This document shows positions 11,018 to 19,423 of a stretch of DNA of 64,000 bases, one piece after another. The stretch spans positions 960,001 to 1,024,000 of the forward strand of contig CAXXTB010000001.1 of the NCBI GenBank assembly GCA_963676795.2, in the 5' to 3' direction. Source of the stretch: Geopsychrobacteraceae bacterium. GTDB lineage: Bacteria; Desulfobacterota; Desulfuromonadia; Desulfuromonadales; Geopsychrobacteraceae. The position numbers were made by a program, and so were the translations under genes. The notes beneath the pieces were generated by a model. That model saw nothing but the letters and a program-made list of their open reading frames with translations. It ran no database searches and had not been told where the DNA came from. The first letter of the stretch is position 1. Each line of letters opens with the position of its first letter.

Positions 11018-11092
11018 CCTGAGCTGAATCAAACCAGGGTCCTGATGATTCAAAAGGAATCTTAAGGGCCGGCGCTGCAAAAAATTCGAATG

Positions 11093-11127
11093 ATCCCCCG
11101 TCGCTGGCGACGGGGGATTTTTATTTT
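11093..11127 (+). terminator. Intrinsic terminator
   Basis: atcccccgtcgc-tg-gcgacgggggat followed by a T-rich tract. Confidence 0.8.
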
Positions 11128-11252
11128 CAGGGGATCTCGGCTGCTGAAGAGATTTCCCTGTCGGTAGGATAGGTTTGGATTGATTTGTGGGATTAGCTAT
11201 GTATAATGTTTTCTTATTATTTCAATGATGTCATGCAGATAAGGGGTGGACT

Positions 11253-11975
11253 GTGGCAGTGGGCGAGAAGAAGATAAAGGTACGGGTGGATATGAAGAAG
11301 AACCGTCTGTATTGCTCCTGGCATGGCAACATCTCGAAAGATGACATCAACAGCTATTTCACCGAGGTCCGTTTTTCGGTCGCCGACCTCAAGCCCGACT
11401 TTTCAGTTATTCTCGATCTCAGGGAGTGTCGTTACAGTTCTCTCGATGCCATTTCCATTGTCAAAAAGGTTATGCAGTATCTCGTGACCAAAGGGGTCAA
11501 GGACGTCGTCAGGGTGGTCAGCGACAAGCATCTGTCGCGTACCCAGTTTATGAACATGGCACTGCGTGCCCAGGGTTACCAAGCTGTCTATGTCAATACC
11601 CTGGAAGAGGCTGATGGCTTTATTGACAATGCCGCAACGCGCCATTATATCCGTCTGAAACTGCAGAAGAAATTTGTCGAATATGTGGACAAAGGAACCC
11701 CTGGATTTGGAACCCTGCAGGATGTTTCTGTCGGGGGTTGCGCTGTCTGTACCACCAAGGATCTGCCTGCCGTGGGTTCGGAGCTGCTGATCAGGTTTGC
11801 CCTCGTTGACAAGAAGCTGCAGACGTGCAGTTTTGAATTCGAGGGGAAGGTTGCCCGTCATTTCGAAGCTGGTTTCGGGGTGGAGTTCGTCCAACTGCTC
11901 TCAGCGGAGCGGCAGAAGCTGCTCGAATGCATGGGACAGGAAACGGTTGTCGAGGTCAAAACAGATCACTCCTGA
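11253..11975 (+). CDS. PilZ domain protein with an N-terminal STAS/SpoIIAA-like domain
   Basis: RxxxR (RHYIR) and DxSxxG (DVSVGG) c-di-GMP-binding motifs in the C-terminal half. Confidence 0.85.
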   Translation: MAVGEKKIKVRVDMKKNRLYCSWHGNISKDDINSYFTEVRFSVADLKPDFSVILDLRECRYSSLDAISIVKKVMQYLVTKGVKDVVRVVSDKHLSRTQFMNMALRAQGYQAVYVNTLEEADGFIDNAATRHYIRLKLQKKFVEYVDKGTPGFGTLQDVSVGGCAVCTTKDLPAVGSELLIRFALVDKKLQTCSFEFEGKVARHFEAGFGVEFVQLLSAERQKLLECMGQETVVEVKTDHS

Positions 11976-12065
11976 ATTCCCGCATTTTGCTCTGTTTGGG
12001 ACCTCTTTCTAAACGAAACCGGAACGGATGAATATCGAGCGGCAGGGTTGCCAGGAGGCGGAAAC

Positions 12066-12098
12066 AGAAAAGGGTTAACGATTTCTCGCTAACCCTCT
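12066..12098 (-). terminator. Terminator downstream of the displaced tRNA 3' end
   Basis: Minus strand: agggttagcga-gaaa-tcgttaaccct then tttctgttt. Confidence 0.7.
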
Positions 12099-12104
12099 GA
12101 TTAT

Positions 12105-12152
12105 TATGGAGCCGCTAGTCGGATTTGAACCGATGACCTACTGATTACGAAT
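12105..12152 (-). repeat. att direct repeat (duplicated 3' 46 nt of tRNA-Thr plus 2 nt)
   Basis: tatggagccgctagtcggatttgaaccgatgacctactgattacgaat is identical to 20128-20175; identity ends in the anticodon arm. Confidence 0.97.
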
Positions 12153-12269
12153 TATATTTCTAGCAATTCCCTCGACTTCCCTAAACGTCAAATGTTGCAT
12201 TGAAATTCAGTTACTTAGATGCTATTATTGTTCCCGTAGTTTCCTCTTTAAACACTCAGGTTCATGTAA

Positions 12270-12290
12270 AAAACTGGGACAGAACTGGGA
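12270..12290 (+). promoter_or_regulatory. Putative integrase arm-type sites (tandem ACTGGGA), left end
   Basis: aaaactgggacagaactggga; matches 20046-20066 at 20/21 positions. Confidence 0.75.
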
Positions 12291-12296
12291 CTGGAA

Positions 12297-13520
12297 ATGG
12301 GGCAAGCAAAAGACGGCAAATCGACGGCATGGAATTCGACCAACTTCAAAGGCGTGCGTTATCGCAAACACGCAACCCGTAAACATGGGGTCAAATTCGA
12401 TCAGTATTTTTCGATTCGGTTTCAGGTTGACGGAAAGCCGATTGAGCAGGGGGTGGGTTGGGCTTCTGAGGGTATGAGCGCTGCTAAGGCCTATGACTTG
12501 CTAAACGAACTGAAAGAGGCTGCAAAAACAGGTAGTGCTCCAGCGACATTAAAAGAACGTCGCCGTCAGAATGCTTTAGTTGAAGACCAGAATCCTTGCT
12601 TTGCTACCGCAGTAGATGATTTTTTGAAGTATTGCGAGCGCAAAAAGTTGAGACCCAAGACTTTGCTTTGCTACCGCGATTCTTTGGCCAGAGCGAAAGA
12701 GTTTGTTCCCGCCAAAGGTACGGGTAAGCTTGAAAACTGGAAGCTTAAAGAAATCAATCGTCGTCATCTGGCGTCATTGGTCGAGAGCATATCGTCTAAA
12801 TCCCCTTCTGTGGCCATTCAGGTTCGTTCCTCGTTGTCAGCCCTGTATTCATGGGCTGTTCAGCCGCCGCGAGAGTATGTTGAAACGAACATTGTCAGAG
12901 ACACCCCCAGACCGCCAAAGCCAAAACCACGCGAACGCTATTTGACTGGCTCTGAAGCTGGTGCTTTGTGGCAAAAGCTTCAGGCTGCTGAGGGTGATTC
13001 ATCGATGATCCGCTGCTTGCAGTTCGCATTGTTGGTCGGTTGTCGTATATCGGAAGCCAGCGGTATGGCCGCAAACGAAGTTGATGACGATTGGTGGACG
13101 ATTCCGGCTGAGCGCAACAAGGGGAAGCGGGCGCATCGTGTATTCTTGACGGAAACAGCTAAGGCGCTGATAGGTGAAAAGAAAGGCATGATTTTCCCCA
13201 GCGAGAGGACTAGAAGGCAGTTTGATACGGCGTCCTTCGCGGCATGGCTGAGAAAAAACAAGCATTTCGACTTGGAAAAGTTCAGTTGCCACGATTTCCG
13301 GCGCACGCTCGCCAGCGGCCTTGCTAGTCTCAAGGTCTCACAAGATGTTGTCGCTGCAGTTCTCGGCCACAAGTTGCAAGGCGTCACCGCTGAGCATTAC
13401 ATAAGGCATAAGTACGATGACGAAAAGCAAACCGCGTTGAAATGCTGGGAAGCGTACCTGTTGAAATGCGCTCAGCCTGAAAAGCGACAGGCCGATGTTA
13501 TTCCTTTGATTTCCGCCTGA
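12297..13520 (+). CDS. int: Tyrosine recombinase/integrase
   Basis: Catalytic R (GCRISE), K, HxxR (HDFRRT), LGH and Y (EHY); N-terminal arm-binding-like domain; next to the att repeat. Confidence 0.95.
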   Translation: MGQAKDGKSTAWNSTNFKGVRYRKHATRKHGVKFDQYFSIRFQVDGKPIEQGVGWASEGMSAAKAYDLLNELKEAAKTGSAPATLKERRRQNALVEDQNPCFATAVDDFLKYCERKKLRPKTLLCYRDSLARAKEFVPAKGTGKLENWKLKEINRRHLASLVESISSKSPSVAIQVRSSLSALYSWAVQPPREYVETNIVRDTPRPPKPKPRERYLTGSEAGALWQKLQAAEGDSSMIRCLQFALLVGCRISEASGMAANEVDDDWWTIPAERNKGKRAHRVFLTETAKALIGEKKGMIFPSERTRRQFDTASFAAWLRKNKHFDLEKFSCHDFRRTLASGLASLKVSQDVVAAVLGHKLQGVTAEHYIRHKYDDEKQTALKCWEAYLLKCAQPEKRQADVIPLISA

Positions 13521-13549
13521 ACAACCACAAAACCAGAAAGGAGCTAGTA

Positions 13550-13702
13550 ATGGACATTGATAACATGTCACAAGACGAATTAAAGAATGAACTGTTGAAA
13601 GCTTTTGAATCCATGCCGCGAGACGTTCAAGAGCAAGAATTGATCAAGATGCAAAAGCGAGCTGAAAGGGTTCAGTTTCTTTCGTATGTCATGAATCAAT
13701 AG
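13550..13702 (+). CDS. 50-aa hypothetical protein (absent from the ORF track)
   Basis: AAGGAG RBS 6 nt before ATG; MDIDNMSQDELKNELLKAFESMPRDVQEQELIKMQKRAERVQFLSYVMNQ*. Confidence 0.6.
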   Translation: MDIDNMSQDELKNELLKAFESMPRDVQEQELIKMQKRAERVQFLSYVMNQ

Positions 13703-13854
13703 CGGTTTTTTTTGTCAGATTAGGCTGGTCAGATAAGGCGGCATGCCCTAGTCCCCCGTCCCCACTAGATTTTTCTTTCATTTGTGACTTATTCTGTCGT
13801 TTAGCTGGGTACTCTGGAGTATGTCTATTGAAAATAGTTGTAAGGTTTTATCTC

Positions 13855-13882
13855 TTGATTGTGTGGGTTGTTCATTTAGAAT
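13855..13882 (+). promoter_or_regulatory. Putative sigma70 promoter of the cargo operon
   Basis: TTGATT-N16-TAGAAT upstream of the methyltransferase. Confidence 0.4.
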
Positions 13883-14046
13883 GCTACCTAAGGCCAGATG
13901 AATGACAAAAGGGTCGCATTCGTAATTATATTTGGGTGTGATTCCTCGTCCGCTTAGGGCGAGCGTTGACTGAAGGCGGTTCGAACACTGCGTAGTTAAT
14001 ACTCCGCCCTTGCGGCAGAGTGCTTTATTTTAAAGGAAAGAGTTTT

Positions 14047-15006
14047 ATGAAGGGGTTTTCTAGCGTTGAAATTTGTGCAGGGGCAGGAGGTCAGGCTATC
14101 GGTCTGGAAAATGCTGGTTTTGAGCACGAGGCTTTGGTTGAGATAGAGACTCCATGTTGCAATACTCTACGACATAATAGGTCTTTTTGGAATGTCATTG
14201 AAGATGATGTTAGGAACTTTGATGGCACGAAGTTTCGTGGTGTTGATTTGCTGGCTGGAGGAGTTCCTTGTCCCCCATTTTCAAGAGCCGGTAAGCAATT
14301 GGGAAAAGATGATGAGCGGGACCTTTTTCCTGAAGCATTAAGATTGGTCGATGAATGCCGACCGCGTGCGGTCATGTTGGAAAATGTACGTGGCTTTCTT
14401 GATGCTGTTTTCGAAGATTATAGATGTAAATTAAAGAGGTCTCTTGAGAAAATGGGATATGTGGCAGATTGGCGGTTGTTAAATGCCTCAGATTTTGGTG
14501 TTTCGCAGTTGAGACCTCGGGTTGTTATAGTTGCTCTTAGGAAAGAAATTTCAGAACATTTTTCATGGCCCACTTCGCATGGACATAATCCACCTTCCGT
14601 TGGGGAGTTGCTTTATCCTTATATGGCAGAGCTTGGGTGGCGTGGTGCCAAGAAATGGGCAATGTGTGCAGATGATATTGCTCCTACGATAGTAGGAGGG
14701 TCTAAGAAGCATGGCGGACCTGATCTTGGCCCAACAAGGGCAAAAAAGGCGTGGGCTGCGTTGGGCGTTGATGGTAAGGGGCTTGTTGATAGTCCACCGG
14801 ACAGAGATTTTGTGGGCATGCCGCGTTTGACTGTCCCGATGGTGGCGAAGATTCAAGGTTTTCCTGATGATTGGCACTTTACTGGAAGAAAGACCCCTGC
14901 TTATCGTCAGGTTGGGAATGCTTTTCCGCCTCCAGTGGCAGAGGCTGTTGCTGTTGAAATTAAGAAGTGTATAGTTGCTTCAAGGGCGCTTTCTTTGGTT
15001 GGTTAA
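14047..15006 (+). CDS. C5-cytosine DNA methyltransferase, M.NgoMIV/M.NaeI-like (predicted GCCGGC)
   Basis: Motif I CAGAGG, IV GGVPCPPFS, VI ENVRG, VIII QLRPR, X GNAFPPPV. TRD GGSKKHGGPDLGPTR recalled as characteristic of GCCGGC methyltransferases. Confidence 0.93.
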   Translation: MKGFSSVEICAGAGGQAIGLENAGFEHEALVEIETPCCNTLRHNRSFWNVIEDDVRNFDGTKFRGVDLLAGGVPCPPFSRAGKQLGKDDERDLFPEALRLVDECRPRAVMLENVRGFLDAVFEDYRCKLKRSLEKMGYVADWRLLNASDFGVSQLRPRVVIVALRKEISEHFSWPTSHGHNPPSVGELLYPYMAELGWRGAKKWAMCADDIAPTIVGGSKKHGGPDLGPTRAKKAWAALGVDGKGLVDSPPDRDFVGMPRLTVPMVAKIQGFPDDWHFTGRKTPAYRQVGNAFPPPVAEAVAVEIKKCIVASRALSLVG

Positions 15007-15019
15007 AACGGAGGGGGTT

Positions 15020-15604
15020 GTGGAAAGAAAAGGTGCTAGATCTAAGCTTCGGGATCATTTTCTTAGTAATTTGGGACGAGTGATGAACTCTGAAGAATTA
15101 CGGGATGTGGCTGGCGGTATTACTGAATGGGCTAGACGTGTTCGTGAGTTGCGGACGGAGGAAGGGTATCAGATTCAAACCCATAATGACCGTAGTGATT
15201 TAAAGCCTGGACAATACGTGCTTGAGAATCCTAAGCCTCAGCCTGCATTTGAAAGGGCTATCTCTAAAGAAACTAGAGCCTTTGTTTTGGATCGTAATGG
15301 TTTTACTTGTCAAATGTGTGGAGCTGTAGCTGGGGAACCTCATCCTTATGATGCAACAAGAAGGACTCGGTTACATATTGGTCATATTATTGATAAGTCT
15401 CAAGGCGGGACCGATGATCCTTCAAACCTCAGGGCTTTGTGTTCTGTCTGTAATGAAGGCGCTTCAAATTTAACGTTAGAACGACCTTCTGCTCAAAAAT
15501 TATTGATTCAAATACGAAGGGCTAGAGGAGGGGATCAGCTTGAGGTTTTGAAGTGGTTGATAAAGAAATACCCCAAACAAAGTAAAGATTCTCTCGATAA
15601 TTAA
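15020..15604 (+). CDS. HNH endonuclease with N-terminal helical domain; putative Type II REase (KpnI-like)
   Basis: GGAGGG RBS + GTG; CQMCG...HIGHIIDKSQGG...NLRALCSVCN (HNH/Zn); N-terminal FLSNLGRV...WARRVRELRTEEGY resembles R.KpnI from memory; directly follows the MTase. Confidence 0.8.
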   Translation: MERKGARSKLRDHFLSNLGRVMNSEELRDVAGGITEWARRVRELRTEEGYQIQTHNDRSDLKPGQYVLENPKPQPAFERAISKETRAFVLDRNGFTCQMCGAVAGEPHPYDATRRTRLHIGHIIDKSQGGTDDPSNLRALCSVCNEGASNLTLERPSAQKLLIQIRRARGGDQLEVLKWLIKKYPKQSKDSLDN

Positions 15605-15659
15605 TAAGCCGGTATATGTTATGTCTAACTATTGATTGTTTCTTGGAGGCTTGGGTTTC

Positions 15660-16628
15660 TTGAAGTTTGGATTTTCGGGTAATTCAACTTTATTTAGTAC
15701 GATTGGCGCTGCGATAGGTAAGGCGTTTTATATTCTTAGTGCCAGTGTTGGAACTATATTGTTAACATTGGGCGGCGCTTATGCTGGTGGTTTTGAGTGG
15801 GAAACAGAGTGGGGCTGTGTTTCTGGATTTTGGCCCTGTTCTAATTTGATAGTGTTTAACCCGTTCACGTACTTAATTTTAGGCGCATCGTTTCTGTTGT
15901 TTGGTGGTATCGGCACGTATCGGGATCAAAGGTATCAGCAAGATAGAATAGATACTCTTGAGAAAAATAATGCTGAGCTCGATTCATTAAAGAGGATGTT
16001 GAATTCTTCTCAAGAAGATATTCAGCTTCAGAAGGCCAAGATGCTTGAGCTGAACTTTGATTTAGTCATTACATGGATGAAAGGCGCTTTTAAGGCTTTA
16101 GATCTAACTAGTAACGATAGAATAACAATCTATTATGAATATGACGGTGTGTTTTCTTTGTTGGCGAGATATTCAAGTAATCCAACGTATAAGGTGATTC
16201 ATAGACAAAAATTTCCTTTAAATCAGGGTGTTATTAGTAGGGCATGGCAACATGGTTCATATATTGAGAGAGGTTGCCCGTCTTGGGAACAGCCTGATGA
16301 ATATAAAAGGTTCATGGTAGATACGTATGGGTACGAGGTTGATAAAATTGATCTGCTGACAATGAAAAGTTGTCGATATTTAGCAAAGGCAATAGTTGAT
16401 GCGGATGACCATATCGGTGTAATTGTTTTTGAAAGTTCTGACTCTGCCTTTTTTGATGTTGAAAATCGAGAAGAGCAAATTCTTGCTTATTGTGAGGGTT
16501 CTCAGGGGCAGTTGTCGAAGTTTGTTAGAGATGGTCTTAGTTTGGATACGGAAATCGGGGTGAGGCGAGAAGGTAAGGCTGTGTCTGTCGAATCTGATAT
16601 TTTGGAAACTGTTGGAGGCACTTTATGA
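15660..16628 (+). CDS. Membrane protein: 2 TM helices, coiled coil, GAF-like C-terminal domain; putative toxin/effector
   Basis: Two hydrophobic N-terminal segments, heptad-rich region (IDTLEKNNAELDSLKRML), then RITIY...QGVISRAWQHG...HIGVIVFES. Probable TTG start at 15660 after GGAGG (ORF open from 15636). Confidence 0.7.
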   Translation: MKFGFSGNSTLFSTIGAAIGKAFYILSASVGTILLTLGGAYAGGFEWETEWGCVSGFWPCSNLIVFNPFTYLILGASFLLFGGIGTYRDQRYQQDRIDTLEKNNAELDSLKRMLNSSQEDIQLQKAKMLELNFDLVITWMKGAFKALDLTSNDRITIYYEYDGVFSLLARYSSNPTYKVIHRQKFPLNQGVISRAWQHGSYIERGCPSWEQPDEYKRFMVDTYGYEVDKIDLLTMKSCRYLAKAIVDADDHIGVIVFESSDSAFFDVENREEQILAYCEGSQGQLSKFVRDGLSLDTEIGVRREGKAVSVESDILETVGGTL

Positions 16629-17101
16629 GCAAGTTACAGCAAATAGTCGCCTATTACTGTTTAAAATATCCATATAAGGATGAATTGTCCAAAGCAAGGT
16701 TGACCAAGTTGGTTTATCTCGCGGATTGGTTTTCTGCATTGTTAGATGGGGCTCAATTAACACGGATAAATTGGGTATTCAATCATTATGGCCCTTATGT
16801 TGACGATGTTATTGACTCAGTCAAGAGCTCACCGTTATTTTCAGTTGTATCTTCTAGAACAATTTATGGTTCTCAGAAATATTTGATTTCATGTAATGCA
16901 AGCTTTGATGAAATTACTCTTTCTAAGCGGGAGAGAGAGATTCTTGATGCTGTTATAAACAAAACTCAAAGCCTTTATTTTAACGATTTTGTGGACTATG
17001 TCTATTCAACATATCCGGTAAAGACAAATGAACGTTATTCTGAGTTTGACCTAGTCCGTTTGGCTAAAAAATATAAAGAAGAGCAAGCAACTGTAAGATA
17101 G
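16625..17101 (+). CDS. Panacea domain (DUF4065/SocA-like) antitoxin
   Basis: KARLTKLVYLADW...W..NHYGPY...VYSTYP signature; ATGA overlap with the upstream gene and GGAGG RBS. Confidence 0.85.
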   Translation: MSKLQQIVAYYCLKYPYKDELSKARLTKLVYLADWFSALLDGAQLTRINWVFNHYGPYVDDVIDSVKSSPLFSVVSSRTIYGSQKYLISCNASFDEITLSKREREILDAVINKTQSLYFNDFVDYVYSTYPVKTNERYSEFDLVRLAKKYKEEQATVR

Positions 17102-17108
17102 TTTTTCC

Positions 17109-17139
17109 ACAAAGGACATCAGTAAATGATGCCCTTTGT
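17109..17139. terminator. Hairpin between the convergent cargo and replication operons
   Basis: acaaaggacatca-gtaaa-tgatgccctttgt. Confidence 0.55.
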
Positions 17140-17182
17140 CGTTCCATTGTGAGTTTTTGTCCTTCCATAATTTGAGGGGTCT

Positions 17183-18541
17183 TTATATAGAGGGCTCAAT
17201 ATCAGAAGATTCAAACCTGTTGAACTCACCTAACCAGTTAGCCTTGACCGTTCCGGTTGGCCCGTTGCGCTGTTTTCCAATTATGATTTCAGCCATCCTG
17301 TAATGCCCCTTGCCGCAGTCTCTCCCCTTTTTCTTGCAATCTTCGCAATAGACAGCCTCACGCCACGGAAAAAGAATCAAGTCGGCGTCTTGCTCAAGGC
17401 TTCCCGATTCGCGCAAATCGCTGGGTTTTGGTCGCCTTGGTGTACCGTTAGCTTCAATGTCTCTGTTTAGCTGTGCGAGAACGATAATCGGAATATTCAT
17501 TTCTTTCGCCAGAGCCTTCAGGGAGCGGGAAATTTCAGCAACTTCACGTTCCCTTATCTGTTCTCTTTTTGTTGGTCTGATGAGCTGCAGGTAATCGATA
17601 ACGATTAGGTCTAATGTGCCTTTGCGTTTGGCTTGCCTAGCTGTTGACCGAACGTCCAAAGCCGTTATGTCTGACCGATCATCTATAGTCAGTGACAGGC
17701 AGTTGATATGACCTGCAGCAATCGTCAGCTTGCTCCAATCAGGCTCTTTGAACTGGCCGCTTCGAAATCTGTTAGCGTCAACTTTTGCCATGCTTGCCAA
17801 TAACCTGTTGAGTAACAGTTCCTTGCTCATTTCCAGCGAAAAAAACAGAACTTCTTTACCTGTTAAGGCCGCATTTTCAGCAATATTCAGAGCAAGTGCC
17901 GTTTTACCCATTGATGGACGGCCAGCAATGATAATCAGGTCACCCCCTTGAAAGCCGCACGTCATTTCGTCAAGATCGGGAAAGCCGGATAATAATCCGC
18001 TGGGGGTGCCGCCATTGCTGTACAGTTCTTCAAGTTCTTTGAATTTTGCCCCCATAAGGTCTGAAATCCGAACCAGCTTGCCACTTGTACCCGTCTCTCT
18101 TTGCCCCATAAGCCACGTTTCTGCTCTATCAAGAGCCATGGCTGGGGATGCTGAATTGATCGCCTCAGATGCTATTTTTCTGCCGACCTGACACAGGTCA
18201 CGCCTCTTGGTGCAATCACGAACAAGATTGATATAAAAATTAACGTTTCCTGCTGTCGGGACTTCAGCGGCTAGCCCTGCTAAGTACGCTCTGCCCCCAA
18301 TGTTAGAGAGTTGCCCTTGCTTTTCAATTTCCGCGGCAAGGGTTACGGGGTCTATTGGTTCATTTCTTGCGCTGAGGGTCTGTATTGCTGACCAGACAGC
18401 GCGATGATTTTTATTGGTGAAGTCGTTTACCGTAAGCCTGCTTGACGCCTGAATGGCTGCATCAGTATCAAGTAGGCAGGCTCCGATGACTGATATTTCA
18501 GCATCGATATTTTTAAGAGTGTCAGTGTTGTTCAAGGCCAT
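17183..18541 (-). CDS. dnaB: Replicative DNA helicase, DnaB family (element-encoded)
   Basis: N-terminal AEISVIGACL; Walker A GRPSMGKT; FFSLEM; IDYLQLI; QLNR; DLRESGSLEQDAD; KQRNGPTG. Confidence 0.95.
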   Translation of the reverse strand: MALNNTDTLKNIDAEISVIGACLLDTDAAIQASSRLTVNDFTNKNHRAVWSAIQTLSARNEPIDPVTLAAEIEKQGQLSNIGGRAYLAGLAAEVPTAGNVNFYINLVRDCTKRRDLCQVGRKIASEAINSASPAMALDRAETWLMGQRETGTSGKLVRISDLMGAKFKELEELYSNGGTPSGLLSGFPDLDEMTCGFQGGDLIIIAGRPSMGKTALALNIAENAALTGKEVLFFSLEMSKELLLNRLLASMAKVDANRFRSGQFKEPDWSKLTIAAGHINCLSLTIDDRSDITALDVRSTARQAKRKGTLDLIVIDYLQLIRPTKREQIREREVAEISRSLKALAKEMNIPIIVLAQLNRDIEANGTPRRPKPSDLRESGSLEQDADLILFPWREAVYCEDCKKKGRDCGKGHYRMAEIIIGKQRNGPTGTVKANWLGEFNRFESSDIEPSI

Positions 18542-19274
18542 ATTTTTTTTCCAATAGTTTGAGTTCTTCAACTCGCCGTTTTCGCTCTTCGCGCTCTTCG
18601 TTGGTTTCAACGTCATTTGCTGCTGGGGGTGACTCTTCATCTTCCCAGCGTCGATCGTTTAGCCATGTTGACGGCATCGGGATAAACTGACCGTTGTTCT
18701 TCTGCCACTGCTCGGAAAGCTTCTGGGCTTCCAATGCTTCCAAGATGACCGACTCCAGAGATTCATCAGGGTTGATTTTCTGCCAAGCCTTCTGGGCTTG
18801 CTGTTTGCCCTGTTTCTTCGGATATGCCTGCCAAAACCGGTCGAAATTTGAACAAATAGATTTAGGTTTAGGTTCTAGGTTCTTAGTAGTGCTTCGCGAT
18901 CTGTCCGTTATCTGTCCGTTTTTATCGGCTGGTCTGCTCGTTTTGTAAGCTAACCCATTGGAATCAATAATCCTTATCTGTTCGTTATTGCTGGCCGATC
19001 TGTCCGTTATCTGTATCATGATCTGTCCGCGCTGATTTTGCTTTCCAGATGTGTTAGACGGATACTGAATTGACACTCCAATTTTCTCGAGAAAACGGCC
19101 AACCTTGCCACGAGACCACCGCCACAGCGAGGAATAGCCTTGGACTGTGACTTCAGCGCCATTGTCATAATCAAGCTGAACACTCATCAACGCTTCAAGC
19201 TCTGTAAATGCACGATTTGTCGGCAAATAACGGCACGCGCTTTTGTCAACAGGAATCCACCTGCCGCGCTGCAT
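18522..19274 (-). CDS. Phage-type replication initiator (lambda O / replisome-organiser-like)
   Basis: N-terminal HTH-like (LWRWSRGKVGRFL), repetitive linker, C-terminal FDRFWQAYPKKQGK...FIPMPSTWLNDRRWED; overlaps dnaB. Confidence 0.85.
   Translation of the reverse strand: MQRGRWIPVDKSACRYLPTNRAFTELEALMSVQLDYDNGAEVTVQGYSSLWRWSRGKVGRFLEKIGVSIQYPSNTSGKQNQRGQIMIQITDRSASNNEQIRIIDSNGLAYKTSRPADKNGQITDRSRSTTKNLEPKPKSICSNFDRFWQAYPKKQGKQQAQKAWQKINPDESLESVILEALEAQKLSEQWQKNNGQFIPMPSTWLNDRRWEDEESPPAANDVETNEEREERKRRVEELKLLEKKYGLEQH
18845..19029. repeat. Iteron cluster plus AT-rich segment: putative replication origin inside the initiator gene
   Basis: ATCTGTCCG at 18899, 18910, 18998 and 19021; variants at 18976 and 19009; adjacent AT-rich tract with three TAGGTT. 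Confidence 0.8.
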
Positions 19275-19276
19275 GA

Positions 19277-19423
19277 TTAAGCCCTCAGCTTCAGCCGTTC
19301 TTCAGCTTCATGCAGTGCTAGTTCGGCAGCCATTCGTCGTATTTTTTCGGCTCTCCATTTCCGTTCGGTTTCATTTTGAGCGGTCTCAAGCCGTCGGCAA
19401 TTTTCACATTTTGACAGGCTCAT
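19277..19423 (-). CDS. 48-aa hypothetical protein with CxxC (absent from the ORF track)
   Basis: Start overlaps the AlpA-like stop (ATGA); stop lies 2 nt before the initiator ATG; MSLSKCENCRRLETAQNETERKWRAEKIRRMAAELALHEAEERLKLRA*. Confidence 0.65.
   Translation of the reverse strand: MSLSKCENCRRLETAQNETERKWRAEKIRRMAAELALHEAEERLKLRA

Noticed and set aside
4736..11975. GGDEF, HDOD and PilZ genes as one dedicated signalling system
   Set aside because: They are separated by unrelated genes and differ in orientation; such genes are abundant in deltaproteobacterial genomes.
12107..12152. Second tRNA-Thr gene
   Set aside because: Only the 3' 46 nt are present; the D-arm and 5' acceptor strand are missing. 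It is the att duplication.
17183..18541. Host chromosomal dnaB
   Set aside because: It lies between the att repeats, is coupled to a phage-type initiator and has lower GC than host genes.
18890..19030. CRISPR-like or tandem array
   Set aside because: Repeats are 9-11 bp, irregularly spaced and inside a CDS, which fits iterons. No cas genes or repeat-spacer arrays were seen in the window.
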